A program made the position numbers and the translations under genes. DNA of 64,000 nucleotides. It comes from an uncultured virus (IMG/VR IMGVR_UViG_3300033144_005150) (taxonomy: Duplodnaviria; Heunggongvirae; Uroviricota; Caudoviricetes). Of the stretch, positions 27,664-37,167 are shown in pieces. Location: IMG/VR virus record IMGVR_UViG_3300033144_005150. One strand, given 5' to 3'. Numbering within the stretch: position 1 is the first letter of the stretch; the number at the start of each line of letters is the position of its first letter. The notes under the pieces were generated by a model that made no database searches, was not told the origin of the DNA, and worked only from the letters and a program-made list of their open reading frames with translations.

Positions 27664-28097
27664 TGCACGAAGACACACTCACGGAACTCATCGAGTGGAA
27701 AACCACCACGTACACCTGCGACCAGGAGGGGTGCGATTTCACGACCGAGAGCAAGTCCGAATCGGACAACCACTACGGGAAGAAGCACTCCATCGCGGAG
27801 GTGGGGTTCGCCGGGGGCGAGAGCTTCTACCGGTTCGAGTCGAAGGAACACTTCGACGCTTACGTGAAAGGGAACCACATCCAGGATCGCCATCTTCACT
27901 GGGACGAGCCCGGATGGTTCCGATCGTTCTGGAAGGAGGACACGCGTGGGTGCTCGTGTTGCTACGACAACTTCCAGCACCTGCACCCGGCCTGCTGGAT
28001 CGGGTTCGACTGGCAGAAGAAGATCAAGGGCTACACCGAGAAGCTCACTGAGCTCGCGGAGTTCCTCGACGACGAGTTCCTCCTGGAGTTCGACTGA
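27663..28097 (+). CDS. zinc-finger hypothetical protein
   Basis: YTCDQEGC...H...H. Confidence 0.65.
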   Translation: MHEDTLTELIEWKTTTYTCDQEGCDFTTESKSESDNHYGKKHSIAEVGFAGGESFYRFESKEHFDAYVKGNHIQDRHLHWDEPGWFRSFWKEDTRGCSCCYDNFQHLHPACWIGFDWQKKIKGYTEKLTELAEFLDDEFLLEFD

Positions 28098-28306
28098 TGT
28101 TCTGTGCCAAAGACAGGCTCGACGCCATCGATACGACCCTCCGGATCGAACTTCGGAAGAAGGATCGTGAAATTGAGAGCCTCCGACGCCAACTCGAGGA
28201 CGCCCTCATTTGGGCCCGCAAGTGGCGTAAGAAGGCAAAGTACCTCCGAACGGTCCGCAGGGATCTCACTGAAAAACTGACTTTTCACGAAAAGCCCGTT
28301 GCGTAA
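28097..28306 (+). CDS. small coiled-coil protein
   Basis: TGATG overlap. Confidence 0.55.
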   Translation: MFCAKDRLDAIDTTLRIELRKKDREIESLRRQLEDALIWARKWRKKAKYLRTVRRDLTEKLTFHEKPVA

Positions 28307-28369
28307 AAACCCGGGTCGAGTATAAGCCCCGACCCTCAACTTCAAACTCAAACTGAGAGAGACAAGACC

Positions 28370-29104
28370 ATGGCAAAGCTAAACCAAATCCTCGCAATCG
28401 AAAAGGGCAAGAAGACCCAGCTCCACGGCGAGATCACCCAACTCCACAAGGCGACCCAGAAGCCCCAGCTCATGACGGGTCACCACAAGACCTTCGTTCC
28501 GAAGGAAGATGATGGAGAGACTTTTCCTGATGACCAACAGCACGTTCAACACCGTGCTAAAGAGGTCATCGATCAAGTGACCGAACGTCTGACCAAGCTG
28601 ATGGACGTGACCGCCACGAAGGACTGGGCCAACACCAGCGCCCGTGCCGACGTGATGGTGGATAACAAGCCGTTCCTCGAGAACGTGCCCGTCACGTACC
28701 TTCTGTTTCTGGAGAAGGAACTCAACGACCTGCACACGTTTGTGTCCAAGGTCGTCGAACTGGATCCGGCAGAGGTGTGGACTCTGGATCCCAACTCTGG
28801 GCTGTTCCGCAGCGAACCGGTGAAGACCGGCAAGACCAAGAAGACGCAACGGGCAATCGTCAAGTACGACGCCACTGAGCACCACCCCGCTCAGACCGAG
28901 ATGATTACCGATGACGTGGTCATCGGACACTGGACCACCATCAAGTTCTCCGGCGCTCTCCCGCGTCCCGAGAAGAAGATGGTGGAGCGCATTCGCGTTC
29001 TCCAGGATGCGGTGAAGTTCGCACGCGAACACGCCAACTCCATGGAGGCCCCTGATCAAAAAGTCGGACGGAAAGTCCTCGACTTCGTGTTCAAGGACGC
29101 GTAA
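28370..29104 (+). CDS. DUF7873-like protein
   Basis: MAKLNQILAIEKG; VPVTYLLFLEK; YDATEHHPAQ; AVKFARE.AN. Confidence 0.7.
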   Translation: MAKLNQILAIEKGKKTQLHGEITQLHKATQKPQLMTGHHKTFVPKEDDGETFPDDQQHVQHRAKEVIDQVTERLTKLMDVTATKDWANTSARADVMVDNKPFLENVPVTYLLFLEKELNDLHTFVSKVVELDPAEVWTLDPNSGLFRSEPVKTGKTKKTQRAIVKYDATEHHPAQTEMITDDVVIGHWTTIKFSGALPRPEKKMVERIRVLQDAVKFAREHANSMEAPDQKVGRKVLDFVFKDA

Positions 29105-29114
29105 ACAAGACTTC

Positions 29115-29560
29115 TCATTGGAGACAAACTCAAGCTCAAACTCAAGCTAAACGCACGGTCGACCAGGGCACTTTGGAGGTTCGATCCCTTCTCCCCGCAC
29201 CATTCTTATGCGGGGGTGGCGGAACTGGTAGACGCACTCCCCACCGAGGCAATGACGCCCTAGGGGAGAGCCTGCAAATGGTTGACCACCTCAAGCTCAA
29301 GTTATCTCCCAAATTCAACAGCACACTGGACCGTGACATCTCTCTGATCAGCTACAACCCCGTCCGAGATCGTGGTTAGAATCCATGGGCCCTCACCAAT
29401 GGGAAGCGGAGACACGCTCCCGCTCAAGTGCAAGACTTGAGCTTCCCCACTCGCACACACGAGGGCCTGGTAAAACGTCATTACGCGGACTTTCTTTCTA
29501 AGAGCTGAAACCTGCCGTTGTCGCGAAAGCCAGCGCCGGACCCCGAATAAGGGCCGGAAA
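29115..29560 (+). ncRNA. large candidate ncRNA with two permuted tRNA-like modules
   Basis: T arm, then acceptor, then D arm order at 29175-29237 and 29371-29487; CTCAA(G/A) repeats; nested long-range stems. Confidence 0.65.
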
Positions 29561-29564
29561 ATCA

Positions 29565-29607
29565 GAGCCCCCCAAGTGAGGTTATATCTTGGGGGGTTCG
29601 CTTTTTT
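29565..29607 (+). terminator. intrinsic terminator
   Basis: GAGCCCCCCAAG...CTTGGGGGGTTC followed by T run. Confidence 0.85.
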
Positions 29608-29651
29608 AAGCTACGTGAAAATGCGATCCTTGCGATTTGGGTAGAAGACTC

Positions 29652-29966
29652 GTGAGCGACTCATCAAGTTCCAGCACACCCCACCAGCACCTCGTCGGTG
29701 CCAAGGTTTCCATCACCTCTGAGATCCAAGAGAGTCTCGAGATCGACTGGAGCGACGGCCTTGTCGTCACCGCGCTCGACTCCGACCAAGGTGTCTGCGT
29801 ACACGTCTGCAACCCCAAGACCGGGGCCGTCACCGCAGCCGTGACACTGGCCGCCGTGACGCTCCACCCCGACACTGTGAAACTCCTGGTGTCGTCCGGT
29901 GAGATGATCGCCAACGCGATGGAGATGACCAGCAAAATGTTGGCGGATCAGATGGAGAACATGTAG
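29652..29966 (+). CDS. hypothetical protein
   Basis: 104-aa ORF. Confidence 0.55.
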   Translation: MSDSSSSSTPHQHLVGAKVSITSEIQESLEIDWSDGLVVTALDSDQGVCVHVCNPKTGAVTAAVTLAAVTLHPDTVKLLVSSGEMIANAMEMTSKMLADQMENM

Positions 29967-30057
29967 GGATCACCTCGATTTTCACGTTTTCCCCTCCTCG
30001 CCCAAATAGAGGCCCTCCACGGGCACTTTGCTTGGGCGTAGGCGTATAACTCCTGAC

Positions 30058-31968
30058 GTGGCGCTCAACGAAGAACAAAACCGTGCGGTGAAGCATCGAG
30101 GCTCCGGTCTCCTGGTGCTTGCTGGTGCAGGCACAGGCAAGACTCGGGTCATCACCCACCGCATCGCGGACCTCGTGGAAGAGGGTGTGGAGGCGCGTCG
30201 GATCCTGGCCGTCACCTTCACCAACAAGGCTGCCAAGGAAATGCGAGCACGCCTTTCCAAGATGGGGGTCAGCGAGGACGTGTGGATCGGGACCTTCCAC
30301 GCCACCGGTTTGCGGATGCTTCGGATGCACCCCGAGCTCGTCGGCTATGAGAAGAACTTCACGATCTACGATGACAGCTCCCAGAAGGCCCTGGTCAAAG
30401 CTCTCCTCGCCGACGTGGACACGCGCGGCCTGAAAGTCACCGAGAATCTGATCCACTCCCTCATCCAGCAGATGAAGGGGAAGGACAAGGGCCCGAAGGA
30501 AGTCGAGCACGAAGACTCCCCGATCCCCTACGCTTTGCGTCGGATCGTGAGAGAGGTGTTCGATCGCTACGAAGAAGCGTTGCTCCGTAGCAACGCGATG
30601 GACTTCGCCGACCTCCTCATCAACACCACCCGTCTCTTGCGCAACGCGAAAGGCACCAAAGCCGAGTGGCTGATCGGTCGGTTCAAGCACGTCCTGGTGG
30701 ACGAGTTCCAGGACACCAACTCCGTCCAAATGGAGATGGTCGATCTACTTTCCACGAACGGGGAAACCTGCGTGGTCGGTGACGACGACCAATCGATCTA
30801 CGGATGGCGCGGTGCCAACCCCGACGGCATGATGGACTTCAACGCGCGCCCTGGCGTCCAGCTCGTGAAGCTCGAGGAGAACTACCGGTGCACGAAGCCG
30901 ATCCTCGACTGCGCCAACGCGGTCATCGCCAACAACAGTAAGCGCCTGGGCAAGACGCTCCGTCCGAACAAGGACGGGGACCTCGTGCGCGTCACCCTGC
31001 TCTACGATGAGCGCTCCGAGGCCAAGGCCGTCGCTGACAGCATCAAGGCGCCCTGGGAGAACCACGCCATCCTCTACCGCACCCACGTGCAGTCACGGCC
31101 GTTGGAGGAAGCCCTACGGCTCCAGGGCATCCCCTACACCATCGTCGGTGGGCTGCGCTTCTACGACCGCGCTGAGATCAAGGACGTGCTGGCGTACTTC
31201 CGGTTGGCCGTGAACCCCAAGGCCGACATGGACCTCCTGCGCGTGGCCAATGTGCCGAGTCGCGGGATGGGCCCCAAAAAGATGGGGGCGCTCAAGACGG
31301 CTGCGGCCAAGAAGAGGCTCACGATGTTCGAGGCGCTCAAAGAGTCGGATGAGGAGAAATCTATCGCGCTTCGTAAAATCCTGCTCGATCTGGCGAAGGC
31401 CAAGAACACGGCTTTCACGTTGCTCGATTTTTACGATTCGATGATGGTCCTCACCGGCTACAAAGCCGCGTTGCAGAAGACCACCCTGTCCAAGAGCCTC
31501 GCCCAGCGCGATAAGGCTCAGCAGAAACTCGACAACGTCAACGAGTTGGCCAATGACCTGTCCGAGTACACGATGGCGCACCCCGGTGCGACCGTCGAGG
31601 ACTACCTCGAACACGTCGCCCTGGTGTCCAGTTTCGACAAAGAGTCAGGGCCGTCCGTGTGCCTCATGACGATCCACGCGTCGAAGGGGCTCGAATTTCC
31701 CCACATCCATCTGGTGGGGTTCGAGGACAAAATTCTCCCGCACTTCAACAGCATCAAGGCGGCGGACGAGAAGGGGAAGCACCAGGAGATCGAGGAAGAG
31801 CGACGTTTGACCTACGTGGCCATCACGAGGGCGAAGGACCAACTCGATATCACCTTGGCCCAGGTACGGAGCAGGTCGGGCAGCCGCGAAGTTGCGATCC
31901 CGTCACGGTTCTTGAAGGAGCTCCCCGACGGTCGTCACAAACGCATAGGATTTGGACCCGGATTATGA
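30058..31968 (+). CDS. uvrD: UvrD/PcrA-like SF1 DNA helicase
   Basis: AGAGTGKT, VTFTNKAA, DEFQD, VGDDDQSIY, TIHASKGLEF, EEERRLTYVAITRA. Confidence 0.95.
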   Translation: MALNEEQNRAVKHRGSGLLVLAGAGTGKTRVITHRIADLVEEGVEARRILAVTFTNKAAKEMRARLSKMGVSEDVWIGTFHATGLRMLRMHPELVGYEKNFTIYDDSSQKALVKALLADVDTRGLKVTENLIHSLIQQMKGKDKGPKEVEHEDSPIPYALRRIVREVFDRYEEALLRSNAMDFADLLINTTRLLRNAKGTKAEWLIGRFKHVLVDEFQDTNSVQMEMVDLLSTNGETCVVGDDDQSIYGWRGANPDGMMDFNARPGVQLVKLEENYRCTKPILDCANAVIANNSKRLGKTLRPNKDGDLVRVTLLYDERSEAKAVADSIKAPWENHAILYRTHVQSRPLEEALRLQGIPYTIVGGLRFYDRAEIKDVLAYFRLAVNPKADMDLLRVANVPSRGMGPKKMGALKTAAAKKRLTMFEALKESDEEKSIALRKILLDLAKAKNTAFTLLDFYDSMMVLTGYKAALQKTTLSKSLAQRDKAQQKLDNVNELANDLSEYTMAHPGATVEDYLEHVALVSSFDKESGPSVCLMTIHASKGLEFPHIHLVGFEDKILPHFNSIKAADEKGKHQEIEEERRLTYVAITRAKDQLDITLAQVRSRSGSREVAIPSRFLKELPDGRHKRIGFGPGL

Positions 31969-32309
31969 AACTCAGCAGCCTCCTCATCTTTGCCCCTCTC
32001 CTGTTTGCTTGCAAACCTGCTGCCGCTGGCGCTGGCGCCGGGATCTCCGAGGAACATACCGTTTTGATGTGCCGGAACGCGCAAGGTGAGGTCGTCCTCC
32101 ACACCAAGGACATCAAGGGTGGCCACGTCTGGATAAGTGATGCTCGATGGCACTGGGAAACCCCGGACGGTACCGATTTCTGGATTTCGGCACCGCCTTT
32201 CGAGTGCGTGCGAGAAGAGCATGATGCAATGCCGGGCGAAACATGCTCGTGCCCCGAGTCTGATCTGAACGAGTTGCGCCCGCACCCTCTCGGGGAGAAA
32301 CCCGAATGA
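31965..32309 (+). CDS. putative lipoprotein
   Basis: MKLSSLLIFAPLLFAC lipobox. Confidence 0.7.
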   Translation: MKLSSLLIFAPLLFACKPAAAGAGAGISEEHTVLMCRNAQGEVVLHTKDIKGGHVWISDARWHWETPDGTDFWISAPPFECVREEHDAMPGETCSCPESDLNELRPHPLGEKPE

Positions 32310-32506
32310 GCAAGAAACGGAGCACTTCGTATGGCACCCACGCGGGTGATCTGAACCGTGACCTCCGGACTCCGGATGGACCCGTGAGCCATGTCGAGCA
32401 CGACACGGCCCAGCGATGTACCCGTTGCAAAGCGGAGATCCGTTTGGAGCAGGTCGGAAAACGTTGGGTCAAGATGGAAAACGGGAAACGGCACAAATGT
32501 CAATGA
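32306..32506 (+). CDS. small zinc-binding protein
   Basis: CxxC...HxC. Confidence 0.55.
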   Translation: MSKKRSTSYGTHAGDLNRDLRTPDGPVSHVEHDTAQRCTRCKAEIRLEQVGKRWVKMENGKRHKCQ

Positions 32507-32796
32507 ACGAAGCACCTCCCCCGATCACGACCAAGGAGTGGTACTGGATTCACCTCGCCGTGAAACGATTCCACGACGCCATGATGGACCGTCCCCATGC
32601 TGACCCCCACAAGAGCGTGTGGCCTGGGGTCATGGCCGCTGTGGACGCCCACGCCAGGATGGACCCTAAAGTGAAGAACATGCTCGAAGTCGAAGAGCGT
32701 GTCCGTACAGAGATGGCCGAAGAGGACAGCAAGACGTGGTGGGGAAGATTGTTCGGCCGTCGTCGTCCCATCCCGCCCCCTCCTGATCGTCGATAG
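32503..32796 (+). CDS. hypothetical protein
   Basis: ATGA overlap. Confidence 0.6.
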   Translation: MNEAPPPITTKEWYWIHLAVKRFHDAMMDRPHADPHKSVWPGVMAAVDAHARMDPKVKNMLEVEERVRTEMAEEDSKTWWGRLFGRRRPIPPPPDRR

Positions 32797-32810
32797 TTTC
32801 GTGAAAACCC

Positions 32811-32839
32811 TTGACCCGCTATGACGCGGAGGCTATACC
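32811..32839 (+). promoter_or_regulatory. sigma70-type promoter
   Basis: TTGACC-N17-TATACC. Confidence 0.65.
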
Positions 32840-32845
32840 CCGCTT

Positions 32846-33281
32846 GCGAAGCTGATGGGCGGTTGGCTTAGAGGCAGCCATCCATAATGAGTAAGCAAGT
32901 GGAAGGGGCGATGTGACGTTCAGTAGTCCCAAGGCCGATCCTGCTGATCTGGGGATGCGGGGTCCAATCCACAGGGCATGATGAAAGACGAGGTGGCACC
33001 ACGTAAGACGACAGTTCAGAAATGGATTGTTGTTGGTTCAGCGGTTTTTTGGGCTCCGGAGACGGGGTCAAATACGGGTCGGTCAGATCAACCGACCTTC
33101 CTCCCGCGACATGGACTCAGGTGTCCTCGACAGGTCGATTAACCGGCATCGGTTTTGCCCCCACAACTAAGAAGGAATGGGGGTTTGAGGGAGACGAGCC
33201 ACGAACCAGCGGACAAGTTTCCTGATGACCGACAGCAACCCTTTGAGCTTTTCAGCGTAACAGCACACCCTAGGGTTTCGT
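32846..33281 (+). ncRNA. candidate ncRNA mimicking 23S rRNA H43/H44 (L11-binding site)
   Basis: GTTGGCTTAGAGGCAGCCATC at the 5' end; GCGTAACAGCACAC at the 3' end; own promoter and terminator. Confidence 0.7.
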
Positions 33282-33314
33282 ACCCACCTCCTTCACGGGA
33301 GGTGGGTTTTATTT
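33282..33314 (+). terminator. intrinsic terminator
   Basis: ACCCACCTCC...GGAGGTGGGT followed by TTTATTT. Confidence 0.85.
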
Positions 33315-33638
33315 GTCTTCCAAGAGTTCGTCGAGGACGGCCTGTGCCTCATCGATCTCTTGTTCTCGGGACAACAGGAGCTTGTCGATTTCCGCGCTCA
33401 GTTCGGGGATTGCCTTGATCGCCTGGAGCCGAAACACGAGGGGAGCCTGGGACAGTGGGGTCCCCGTTGCGGCGCGATCTTTGTCCGCCACTGCGAATGT
33501 CCATACGTCCCCTTTGTTGCGCCACCAGAGAATAGCCGGCCCGAAGTCCACCGAGGCTTTGACGAGACGCCCGTCGGCGATCCACCGAGCTGCGAGTTCG
33601 TTGATACTCTTTTTCAGCACGTCAAATTTGTCGTTCAA
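33309..33638 (-). CDS. hypothetical protein
   Basis: 109-aa ORF. Confidence 0.6.
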   Translation of the reverse strand: MNDKFDVLKKSINELAARWIADGRLVKASVDFGPAILWWRNKGDVWTFAVADKDRAATGTPLSQAPLVFRLQAIKAIPELSAEIDKLLLSREQEIDEAQAVLDELLEDK

Positions 33639-34237
33639 GGCAGCATCTCCTCACGGCCCAGGTTGTGGGCTTCACCGAGTTGGGCCGACTGGTACATCAC
33701 GTCGGTGCGCATGGTGTAGCGCATCCCTGAGACGAGCGGTGCGGCCCCGTGGAGGATGTAGTGCGGGAACACGATGGCAGTCCCCATCTTGGGTTTGAAC
33801 TTCTCCACGCCGCCGATGAGGGCTTCTCCGCCTTCGTAGTCGTCGTTCAAATAGACCAGCACCGTGTAGAAGCTGATCGTGTCGTCGAGGATGTAAGGCT
33901 GGTCCGCGTGCAGGGTGAACTGGTCCCCAGGCTCCTCGTATTTGTAGACGTGGAGTCGAGGGTTGCAGCCCACGGGGGCGAACCCTTCCTCCGTGTGGAG
34001 CTCCACCGCCTTCTGGACCTGCTTGAAATACCTGGACGCTCGGACATGCTGGCCGAACAGGGTGATGCGCTTGTTGTTGCGGAACCGGTCATCGACACGC
34101 AGGGTTTTGTCGGCGGTGTCGAGACACTCCCGGATCTGTTCGCACCCAACGGCGTCGAAGAAACCATCGATCACGAACACGTCCGTGACGTTCTGACTGG
34201 GGTAGAACCCTTCGACGTTGATCTTGCGGACGTTCAT
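33635..34237 (-). CDS. 2OG-Fe(II) oxygenase, prolyl 4-hydroxylase-like
   Basis: HAD, LVYLNDDYEGGE, H..., RYTMRTDVMY. Confidence 0.85.
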   Translation of the reverse strand: MNVRKINVEGFYPSQNVTDVFVIDGFFDAVGCEQIRECLDTADKTLRVDDRFRNNKRITLFGQHVRASRYFKQVQKAVELHTEEGFAPVGCNPRLHVYKYEEPGDQFTLHADQPYILDDTISFYTVLVYLNDDYEGGEALIGGVEKFKPKMGTAIVFPHYILHGAAPLVSGMRYTMRTDVMYQSAQLGEAHNLGREEMLP

Positions 34238-34527
34238 GCCAAACTCCTCGATAATTCTTTCACTTCGCGTACCAGGGGTTGCCACGAGGTCCCTTGGAAA
34301 ATGCGGGAACTGTGTCCTTCACGTTGGAGGACCACCGAATAGGTGCCGGACCCGGTTGCTTTTGTGCGCTTGTTACGGGTCAGCGTGATGCGGTGGACGC
34401 CTTCGGGGGTTTGCCGTTCCCAGACTTTGCTGTCGAAGGTGTGCCAAGACGGGGCAGCGTGGCCCGTCACGCTGTGCTTGTCAGCGTGGCTTTGTTTGAC
34501 CACCATAAACCGTTTGGTCTCCTCCAT
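34234..34527 (-). CDS. hypothetical protein
   Basis: ATGA overlap with next gene. Confidence 0.55.
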   Translation of the reverse strand: MEETKRFMVVKQSHADKHSVTGHAAPSWHTFDSKVWERQTPEGVHRITLTRNKRTKATGSGTYSVVLQREGHSSRIFQGTSWQPLVREVKELSRSLA

Positions 34528-34706
34528 CTCAAGAGTTCTACCCCCTCGACCCGGTACGCTGGGATATGGCCGGGGATCAGTCCGATTTGGAGCAGCTACG
34601 GGCCTGGAAACGGGCTCGGCTGGCCATGACACTATCTGTGGCCATCCACGGGGTGATCCTCGGACTCTTGACCCTGGCACCTTTTGGACCATAGATTTTG
34701 GCAACG

Positions 34707-34991
34707 ATGAGTGACCCACAGAAAAAGAAGAAGCGCCGCGGCACCTGGGCCGAGGTCGAGACCATCCAAGACCCCGACAGCAACGTCGCGTTGATCCTCT
34801 CGGAACGCATCCGTGGAAAGCCGGAGTACTCGATGCAGCTCGGTCATTTCGATGACATGGGCTTCAACAAGTTCATCCCTCTCGAGCCCGAAGGTGCCAA
34901 GCACCCGGTCGAGTGGATCGTGAAATCCCTGGTCGATCGCGCGAAAGAGATCGTCGCGCAGCGCACGGCCGAGTCAGAAAAGAAGGACTAG
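34707..34991 (+). CDS. hypothetical protein
   Basis: 94-aa ORF. Confidence 0.6.
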   Translation: MSDPQKKKKRRGTWAEVETIQDPDSNVALILSERIRGKPEYSMQLGHFDDMGFNKFIPLEPEGAKHPVEWIVKSLVDRAKEIVAQRTAESEKKD

Positions 34992-35647
34992 CCCTGGGGA
35001 AGCACCGGGACTTGCCCGGCCGAGCAGATCTTGAGCATGTAGGTGATGACGCCGTACTCGCTCTCGGACATGCCGAGTTCCCAGCCCTCTTTCACCTTCA
35101 CCCAGTCCTGGATGTACTGGCACCGGGCGGACTCCAGCGGCGGGAGCCACTCGTCAGGGCCCTTGGCGCCTTTGGAGCGGTTTCCGTACTGGCTGGTGGT
35201 CAGGAGGTGGGTCGGGTCGTCGAGCCCGTTAGCGTACGCCTGACGCTGGTCAGCGGGCCATCCCCACCCTCCGGACTCGTGAGCGTCCTTGAGGGCGACC
35301 ATGTGGTCCACATCGACCTTGCTGGCGTCGGTGATGACCGTCCCGGTGTAGGGGCACGTCCACTGGCCTGTGGCGACCTTGCACTCTTTTTCGTCGTCAC
35401 GGGGCTTGAAGGTCACAGGGACCTCTGAGTCTCGGACCAGGACCTCCTGGCGCGCGTCCTGACAGTCTTTGTCGGCGTCCTTCCAGTGTTTCCAGAGCTT
35501 CCGGTCGTACTCGGGAGGCTCGGGGTCAGGTTCAGGGGCCGTCTCGGGCTCTGGGCAAACCGCTGTCGGGTCTTCGGCAAAAACGGGATCAAGGGTGGTC
35601 GCGCATGCGAAGGCGCCCATGAGTAATACAGTGGTCCAGCGGTGCAT
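34988..35647 (-). CDS. secreted HNH nuclease (DUF1524-like)
   Basis: signal peptide; DVDHMVAL..AHESGG; NRSKG.KGP.EWLP. Confidence 0.8.
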   Translation of the reverse strand: MHRWTTVLLMGAFACATTLDPVFAEDPTAVCPEPETAPEPDPEPPEYDRKLWKHWKDADKDCQDARQEVLVRDSEVPVTFKPRDDEKECKVATGQWTCPYTGTVITDASKVDVDHMVALKDAHESGGWGWPADQRQAYANGLDDPTHLLTTSQYGNRSKGAKGPDEWLPPLESARCQYIQDWVKVKEGWELGMSESEYGVITYMLKICSAGQVPVLPQG

Positions 35648-35686
35648 CTTGTTAATTGTACTCCCGATAGGGGTACAACTCGTGAG

Positions 35687-36532
35687 ATGAGAATTTTCCT
35701 CGTAAGACATGGGATGAGCAGGGCCAACGTGGATTGGTCTGAGAACCGACGGGTCGCGGATCACGCAATCGAATTAACCGAAGAGGGCAAGAAGCAGGCC
35801 CGCGGGGCCGGCGGAGCTCTGGCCAAGTACTTCGAGGACAACGTGGTGGACTACAAGATCGATGGGCTCTTGGGGCCCATCCGGATGGGCCTCCCCAAGA
35901 TCCGGATCTGGAACAGCCCGTACAAGCGCACGCGCCAGACTCGAGACGAGCTGATGTCCGCCTGCGTCCTGCGCGATCTGTCGAAAATTATCAAAGACAC
36001 GGGCACTGGTGCTCACTGGGAGCGTGTCCATGAGGATGGTCAGATCACGTACCCGAAGCCTGGGGAGTCGTGGTTCATGGACCAGCGGGAGGCGGTCATG
36101 TTGCATGAGCAGCAGTTCGGTATTTTCGACGGCCTTTCCGACGAAAAGCGCAAGGAGAAGTACCCGGCTGAGCACGAGTACTACGAGAAATGCAAAAAGT
36201 TCGAGGGCAAAGTCTGGGCTCGACTTCCGATGGGAGAATCGCGGATCGATGTCGTCCAACGCATGCACGGAGTGTCCGGCACCTTCAAACGTGACGAAGA
36301 GAAACACGGGGTCGAGAACCTCGTCGTCATCGGGCACGGCACCACGAACCGCTGTTTCACCATGTCGTGGCTGCACCTCGAACCTGAGTGGCTTGAGAAA
36401 GAGCCCAACCCGAAGAACTGTGCGATCCGCCTCATCGAGGATGGTGACGACAAAGGTTACATCTTCAAAGGCTACGATCACCCCGAGGGATTCATCCACG
36501 ATCACCTCCCCAACAAGGAGTCGGAGGAGTAG
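35687..36532 (+). CDS. histidine phosphatase (phosphoglycerate mutase family)
   Basis: LVRHG, SPYKRTRQT, GES, VIGHG. Confidence 0.9.
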   Translation: MRIFLVRHGMSRANVDWSENRRVADHAIELTEEGKKQARGAGGALAKYFEDNVVDYKIDGLLGPIRMGLPKIRIWNSPYKRTRQTRDELMSACVLRDLSKIIKDTGTGAHWERVHEDGQITYPKPGESWFMDQREAVMLHEQQFGIFDGLSDEKRKEKYPAEHEYYEKCKKFEGKVWARLPMGESRIDVVQRMHGVSGTFKRDEEKHGVENLVVIGHGTTNRCFTMSWLHLEPEWLEKEPNPKNCAIRLIEDGDDKGYIFKGYDHPEGFIHDHLPNKESEE

Positions 36533-36904
36533 ATGAACTGGCTGGATGCGATCTGGTACTCGGGCTACTGTAACGAGATGGTCGAGTTCTCCTCGACTAC
36601 TGCGTTGGATAGCGCGGGTCCCCAGGAGCGTGTGGACTGGTTGAAGGCCCACGCCCCTGATTGTCCCGACTGCCGCAACGCTATCTTCTTCAAAGAGATG
36701 GAAGGGGAGATCGCCAAAGAGCTCGGGTTCTTCGAGGAGTTCCGCAACGGCGGGGATGTGACCGCCCTCCCCGCGTTCCAACCGGCTTTCGGAAAACACC
36801 TTGCCTCTGCGGTCGTGCAGGGTCGGATCGGTTTGGCCGTCATGGGATGGATGGAACAGATGACGAAACGAAGGGTTCGGCCATGGCCCGGAAGAGTTCA
36901 GTGA
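36533..36904 (+). CDS. hypothetical protein
   Basis: GGAGG RBS; HxxxCxxC. Confidence 0.6.
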   Translation: MNWLDAIWYSGYCNEMVEFSSTTALDSAGPQERVDWLKAHAPDCPDCRNAIFFKEMEGEIAKELGFFEEFRNGGDVTALPAFQPAFGKHLASAVVQGRIGLAVMGWMEQMTKRRVRPWPGRVQ

Positions 36905-36923
36905 GAAAACTTGAACAAGGCGC

Positions 36924-36952
36924 TTGACTTCACGTCAGAGCCCGAGTACACC
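36924..36952 (+). promoter_or_regulatory. sigma70-type promoter of Pro/Arg/Leu tRNA operon
   Basis: TTGACT-N17-TACACC. Confidence 0.65.
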
Positions 36953-36972
36953 GAATTCATCGGATTTCAGTC

Positions 36973-37089
36973 ATGAACGTCGCAAGCAACATTCTCGGGT
37001 CGAGCCTCCCCCAACCACTCTGTGGTCTGGTGCTGCTCCCCGTGCGTCTGCGCCGGCTCCCGCGATTGCCCGGTGTCCTCCGAACGTAA
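36973..37089 (+). CDS. leader peptide rich in Leu/Pro/Arg
   Basis: MNVASNILGSSLPQPLCGLVLLPVRLRRLPRLPGVLRT; 10 Leu, 5 Pro, 5 Arg. Confidence 0.65.
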   Translation: MNVASNILGSSLPQPLCGLVLLPVRLRRLPRLPGVLRT

Positions 37090-37167
37090 GTTCAACATAC
37101 GAGGATACTGGGCGAGGGCGGACAAAGGGTTCGCCCTTAGTCGTTTAAGTCCCTAGGAGCCACCTTT

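Noticed and set aside
29115..29560. Two-piece (permuted) tmRNA
   Set aside because: The modules have tRNA-type D arms and I found no convincing tag reading frame; not fully excluded without a CM search.
32846..33281. Genuine 23S rRNA gene fragment
   Set aside because: Similarity is limited to two short blocks about 365 nt apart, with no flanking rRNA sequence.
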